Below are positions 59,742-64,000 of a stretch of 64,000 nucleotides of DNA, in pieces (positions within the stretch are counted from its first letter, which is position 1; the number at the start of each line of letters is the position of its first letter). Where the stretch lies: NCBI GenBank assembly GCA_963756455.1, contig CAVWNC010000004.1, forward strand, positions 824,074 to 888,073, given 5' to 3'. A program made the translations under genes and the position numbers. The DNA comes from an uncultured Acidobacteriota bacterium (GTDB lineage Bacteria > Acidobacteriota > Thermoanaerobaculia > Multivoradales > UBA5704). The notes beneath the pieces were generated by a model. It saw nothing but the letters and a program-made list of their open reading frames with translations. It was not told the DNA's origin and searched no databases.

Positions 59742-61720
59742 GCCGGTTCAACAGAGACTACCTTTCCCTGCTCCTCCTAGGCTCGAGTGCGCTACCGGCC
59801 GGGCTGAGCCAACCCTCTGGGTCCGCCGCCTCCTCCTGTGGCACGACGTGTCCAAGGAGCCCATCCGTGACGTCGCTCTGTATCGCGGTCTGAATATCGT
59901 CTGGTCCCCGACCGGAAGCGACTCCGAAGCTCTCGCCACCGGCCACGCGGCAGGGAAAACCTTGTTCTGCCGCCTGCTTCGATACTCCCTGGGCGAGGAC
60001 TCGTTCGCGGACCCCGAGGACTCCGATGCGATCCGCACGCGATTTCCTGAAGGAGGAGTGGGGGCGGAAATCAGACTTCGAGGAGAGACCTGGGTGATTC
60101 GGAGGCGGTTCGGAACTCCGCGGGACGATCGCGCGGTGAAAGCGGAGAGCGTCGAGCGACTCTCAGATGAGAGCCTTCGCGGTTCCTTCGGAGCCTTCCG
60201 CAACGAAATCGAAAGCACCGTCTTCGACGATAACCAGCGACGCCTTCTTGGCGAGATGGCAGATGTTCAGAGCGCGTGGCAGTACGTCCTAGCATGGCTG
60301 ACCAGAGACCAGGAATGCCGAATCGACGGATTGACTCATTGGCGGCATCCGGAGTCCAGTTCCCAGTCTCCTGTTCGTAGTGCGGGGCCTGAGACCCGGC
60401 TGAACGTACTCCGTATCGCGATCGGACTGTATTCGGAAGCATCGCGCGTGGCCAGAAGGGCAGTCGCGGATGCAGCCAGCCGAACGAAAACGACGAGCGC
60501 CGTGGCTCGTCAAGCGGAGGTGCGTTTCGACTCGCTACGAGACGAGCTGGCAGCTGCTCTCGGCGTTGAGGCCGACCTCATCTGGCCTCCGCCGGTCGAG
60601 CTTCTTCAGGACGAGCAGACTGCACGAGAGGAACATCTTCAATCATTGACGGCACTTGCCGATCATAAGATTCGCGGCACGACTGCCGTGTCTATGGACC
60701 CGACGCACGCGCGTGACGAAGAGCAACTGGAACAGGCCGCTGGCGACTTCGCCCGAGTGACACAACGAATCGCGAATCTCGCAAGTGAAGTCGAACGCAA
60801 GCGTGAACGCGCGAAGCTGCTGGAACCAGAGAGTGCCGAGCGCTGGAAGGAGGTGCGAGAAGCAAAGCATCCTGTCTGTCCGTATGACGGTACGCCACTG
60901 GATGTCGACGAGGCGAGATTCGTGTGCCCGCTCCCGCGCCTTCCCGATCCCGCCGCTGCCGAAGGGATCGCCGCGGAAACCGAGGCGACTCGGAAGGAAG
61001 TGTTGAAGTGACCTTGAAAAGGACGAGAGAGATCTGACCGCGCTCAACGGTGACAGAGCGTCGCTCGAGGCGAAGGTAGGAGCACTTCGGCGAAGCATCG
61101 AGGCTCACCGCCTCGCCGTTGCCGCAGCGACCAGCGCCAGTCAGGCAGCATGGGCAACGAAAGGGATGGTGCGCCGACTGTTCGAGTTGCGGGCACAGTG
61201 CGACAATGCGCTTCGCGCCGAAGCGGAAGCCAAGGAAGCACTCCGAGGGCGTCAGGACGGTCAGGTTGAAGGATTGTCCGCGTTCTCGACAGGCAAGCTC
61301 GAACGATGGTTCGATTTCCTGGTTCAACGCGTAGTCGCGCCCGAGGCAACAGGGGCGATTGTGCTGGATGGCAACGGCCTGCACCCAAGGATCCAATGGC
61401 GCGGGACACGGCGTTCTGTCGCGCTCAACTCGCTCCAGATCGTGCTCTTTGATCTCGCTGCGATGTTGTGCGCAGTGGAGGGTGACTCGCGAGCCCCAGC
61501 CTTTCTAGTGCATGACAGTCCTCGCGAAGGAGATCTCGATCCGTGGACCTACGCACGCCTCTTTGAAGCGCTCTTCGAGCTTGGGCCGAACGAGAGTACT
61601 GCACCATTCCAATACGTCGTGACGACAACGACCGATCCGCCTGAGGAAGTGCGATCAAGAGTTCGGCTGCGGATCAGCGCCGGCGAGGAACAGCAGCGGC
61701 TGTTTCGGGTCGATCTGTGA
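59731..61720 (+). CDS. SMC-like coiled-coil ABC ATPase (ABC-3C/DUF2326-like; frameshift near 61008)
   Basis: GLNIVWS..GHAAGKTLFCRLLRY, coiled coil with CPYDG..CP, Walker B FLVHDSPREGDLD, FQYVVTTTT. Confidence 0.8.
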
Positions 61721-61821
61721 TGTCCGGCGCCATTCTCTGAAATCTTGGTGCTGCATCGTCATTACCAGCCTGAAGCACAAGCGCTGAGGAAGCCTCCCCG
61801 CACCGACCGAGCGAGGTACTG

Positions 61822-62607
61822 ATGCCCCTTGGCCCGTCCGCCGCCACTCTCACCCTGCTCGAAAAGCTGGCGGTCGACAACGGCTTCGATCGAGAGCTGC
61901 CTCGCGAGGGCGAATGGCTCGCTTTCGCGAGCACACAGAGCCCCTTGCGAATCTGGCTGTCGTCACCTGGAGAGGCGCTGTTCCTTGCCGCGCTCTCCCA
62001 AAGCAATGTCGCAGCCGCGCTCGAGATTGGCACAGCGACCAAGCCCCTCCTTCCCTCGATCGCGGTCGCCGCCCGAACCGTCACCAACCTCCCGGCGCTG
62101 CACCATCTCGTCCGCCGCGCTTTCCAGCTCTCGAAGACTCTTCCACACGAACTGCTTCACACCTTCGAGAAGGAGACCGCCAGCCTTCCTCGCTCGACCG
62201 AGGCTGAGCGCCTCGTGGTCCAGCGCGTCGGCCAGGATATCTTTCGTACCGGCCTCCTCGAATACTGGGAGGGCCGCTGCGCTATTACCGGTCTCGATGT
62301 GCCCGAGCTCCTGCGCGCGAGTCACATCAAGCCATGGGCCTCCTGCACCAGCGACACCGAGCGGCTAGACGTGTTCAATGGCTTCTTGCTGGCCCCGCAC
62401 CTGGACGCGGCCTTCGACGGTGGCTTCATCACCGTAGCCGATGATGGAGCTGTGGCGCCGTGGGAAGGGCTTGGCGCGGACGCTCGACAGCTGCTGGGTC
62501 TCGCCACCCCATTGAGGGTCACAGCGCTCGCCCCCGGCCATCGCGCTTACCTACCTTGGCACCGGGAGCATATTTTCCGCGGGAGCGCCTACGCTGAGGA
62601 CTGGTAG
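61822..62607 (+). CDS. HNH endonuclease
   Basis: QRVGQDIFR, CAITG, LRASHIKPW, NGFLLAPHLDAAFDGGFIT, YLPWHR. Confidence 0.9.
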   Translation: MPLGPSAATLTLLEKLAVDNGFDRELPREGEWLAFASTQSPLRIWLSSPGEALFLAALSQSNVAAALEIGTATKPLLPSIAVAARTVTNLPALHHLVRRAFQLSKTLPHELLHTFEKETASLPRSTEAERLVVQRVGQDIFRTGLLEYWEGRCAITGLDVPELLRASHIKPWASCTSDTERLDVFNGFLLAPHLDAAFDGGFITVADDGAVAPWEGLGADARQLLGLATPLRVTALAPGHRAYLPWHREHIFRGSAYAEDW

Positions 62608-62665
62608 ACTTCTGGCCTCTTCGGCCCCAGCGCAGCGGTGATCGCGCGGGTCATGATCGGTCCTT

Positions 62666-62872
62666 CTACTCATCGCTATCGACCTTATCTGTCTCTCTTG
62701 ATTCTTCTGACATCTCAGGGCTAGCAATGGTTCCGATATCCTTCCGAGGCAGCCTTACAGGCGGCATCGGAATATCATTGACCTCGAAGGCCGAAATGGC
62801 GAAACCAGACTTCGGGCCTGGACCAGTGTTTTCCATGAAATCATCGTCTGTGGGTTCATCAGGGCGTCTCAT
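62666..62872 (-). CDS. Small acidic hypothetical protein
   Basis: ATGA overlap with the upstream gene; GGAGAAG RBS. Confidence 0.45.
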   Translation of the reverse strand: MRRPDEPTDDDFMENTGPGPKSGFAISAFEVNDIPMPPVRLPRKDIGTIASPEMSEESRETDKVDSDE

Positions 62873-63441
62873 AGATCTTCTCCACTTTCTCCATAGAACG
62901 TTGAAAAATAAATCCTTGCCTCTTTCTTGGCCCTGGATGAGTAGCCTTTCCTCTGAGGCAACGGATCGCCGTGCAAATTCTTTATAAATGCCTTTTGAAA
63001 GCGACGCCTGACATCCATAGAAAGACGATTGATTTGAGCATCCGTAAACTCACCTTCGGCGACAGAGTACCAATTGCTCTCGGCAAGATTAAAGAGATCC
63101 GCTAGCTCTGAACCTAGGGATGCGATCTTCTCAGCCCTACGCTGGTAAGGCAACAATTCCTTTACTGCGGAAAGAAGCTGTGACCCCGCAATAATCGCAG
63201 CCCACAAAAACTGAAGATGCTGCCACACAACCCAGGCCGCTATGCTGCTACTGGAAGCCAGAGCTAGGACAATCTTAATACCAGTATCAATCCGCTTAGA
63301 CTCGAGTTCATAAGAGGACAGATACATGGCATAGATTTTTAGCTGCACTAGTTCGTTCCAGTAGCGCCATTGCTGATAGTGTGGGCTCTGTCTTCTTCTT
63401 GCTCTATTCCTAGACTTACCCATCTCAACTTCGGTAGCCAT
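62869..63441 (-). CDS. SLATT-like two-TM protein
   Basis: YWNELVQLK, TM pair IVLALASSSSIAAWVVW / LWAAIIAGSQLLSAV, LPY; AT-rich relative to the window. Confidence 0.6.
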   Translation of the reverse strand: MATEVEMGKSRNRARRRQSPHYQQWRYWNELVQLKIYAMYLSSYELESKRIDTGIKIVLALASSSSIAAWVVWQHLQFLWAAIIAGSQLLSAVKELLPYQRRAEKIASLGSELADLFNLAESNWYSVAEGEFTDAQINRLSMDVRRRFQKAFIKNLHGDPLPQRKGYSSRAKKEARIYFSTFYGESGEDL

Positions 63442-63905
63442 CGCCTCCTCCGCCTGGAATGCGCGTTCTGAGCTTAATTTCAGTAGTGACAGCAGAAGGA
63501 AATATTAGTAGGCCAGGGAGACGCTGTCAATGACATCTAAATCTTTGCGGCCACTTCGTTCGCCTGCTGACGTGGCGAGATCCGCACTGGAATCAAGAAC
63601 CTCCGGCGACAGGACGCGCCTCCGCGCTGCCCTTGATTCCTGGATCCATGGGCTCGGGTCCAGCATACTGACCCGTATCCTGGAGAGCGATCAGGGCATC
63701 GCCGAGCAAAGGAGCCGCTTCAACTGCCAAACCTCCTGCCGGTGATCGACTGCCTCCTCACCGAGACCGCGCAGATCCACAGTCTGCCCCCTCGTGGCCT
63801 TTCCCTTCCCGTGGGACGTCAGACAGTCTCCGCCCGCTGCCTGCGAATCCGGCCCATGCACCCAGTCTTCCCGGTCTCCCACCGGGATCTTCCGCTCGGA
63901 ACCCT

Positions 63906-64000
63906 GGGCCAGGCTAGGCCGGAGCCGGGCTTTCCTCCAAGTCTCCGGACGTGCGTCCTCCGGCCGGCCGGGAGGGCCGGCACCTTGGAGCGCCCGGACT
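63906..64000 (+). repeat. Structured repeat family A, copy 2 (runs off window)
   Basis: Same core CCTCCAAGT.TCCGGACGTGCGTCCT..GCCGGCACCTTGGAGCGCCC as 2428-2530. Confidence 0.75.

Larger units (their letters stand above)
1..64000. mobile_element. Segment of a conjugative element (ICE/plasmid) with defence/conflict cargo; boundaries not visible
   Basis: trbB, repA, ardC, integrase and dprA remnants, att-like core and dispersed structured repeats, interleaved with defence genes. No housekeeping genes seen. Confidence 0.75.

Overview
GC-rich bacterial DNA that looks like part of a conjugative element (ICE or plasmid). Backbone parts are trbB, a RepA_C-type repA with candidate iterons, a tRNA-3'-end att-like core, integrase and dprA remnants, and ardC, with small genes behind structured repeats. 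The rest is almost entirely immunity or conflict cargo. From left to right: (1) a caspase/CHAT-rich island with a metacaspase, a pseudo-CHAT-lipase, an iSTAND-MoxR-vWA ternary system carrying two WD40 propellers, and two divergent small-membrane-protein + caspase-TM pairs; (2) a 2212-aa Avs-like nuclease-STAND protein; (3) an HTH-TPR regulator next to a small secreted peptide; (4) three tandem NLR-like genes (helical N-terminus, amyloid-like motif, NACHT, FGE/C-type-lectin domain) whose last 123 nt carry a DGR-type hypermutation signature, although I found no RT or template repeat in the window; (5) a DISARM-related helicase-SNF2-methyltransferase operon extended by an SMC-like ABC ATPase and an HNH nuclease. 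Several genes carry single frameshifts that may be assembly errors. All family calls come from motif recognition by eye, with no database searches.
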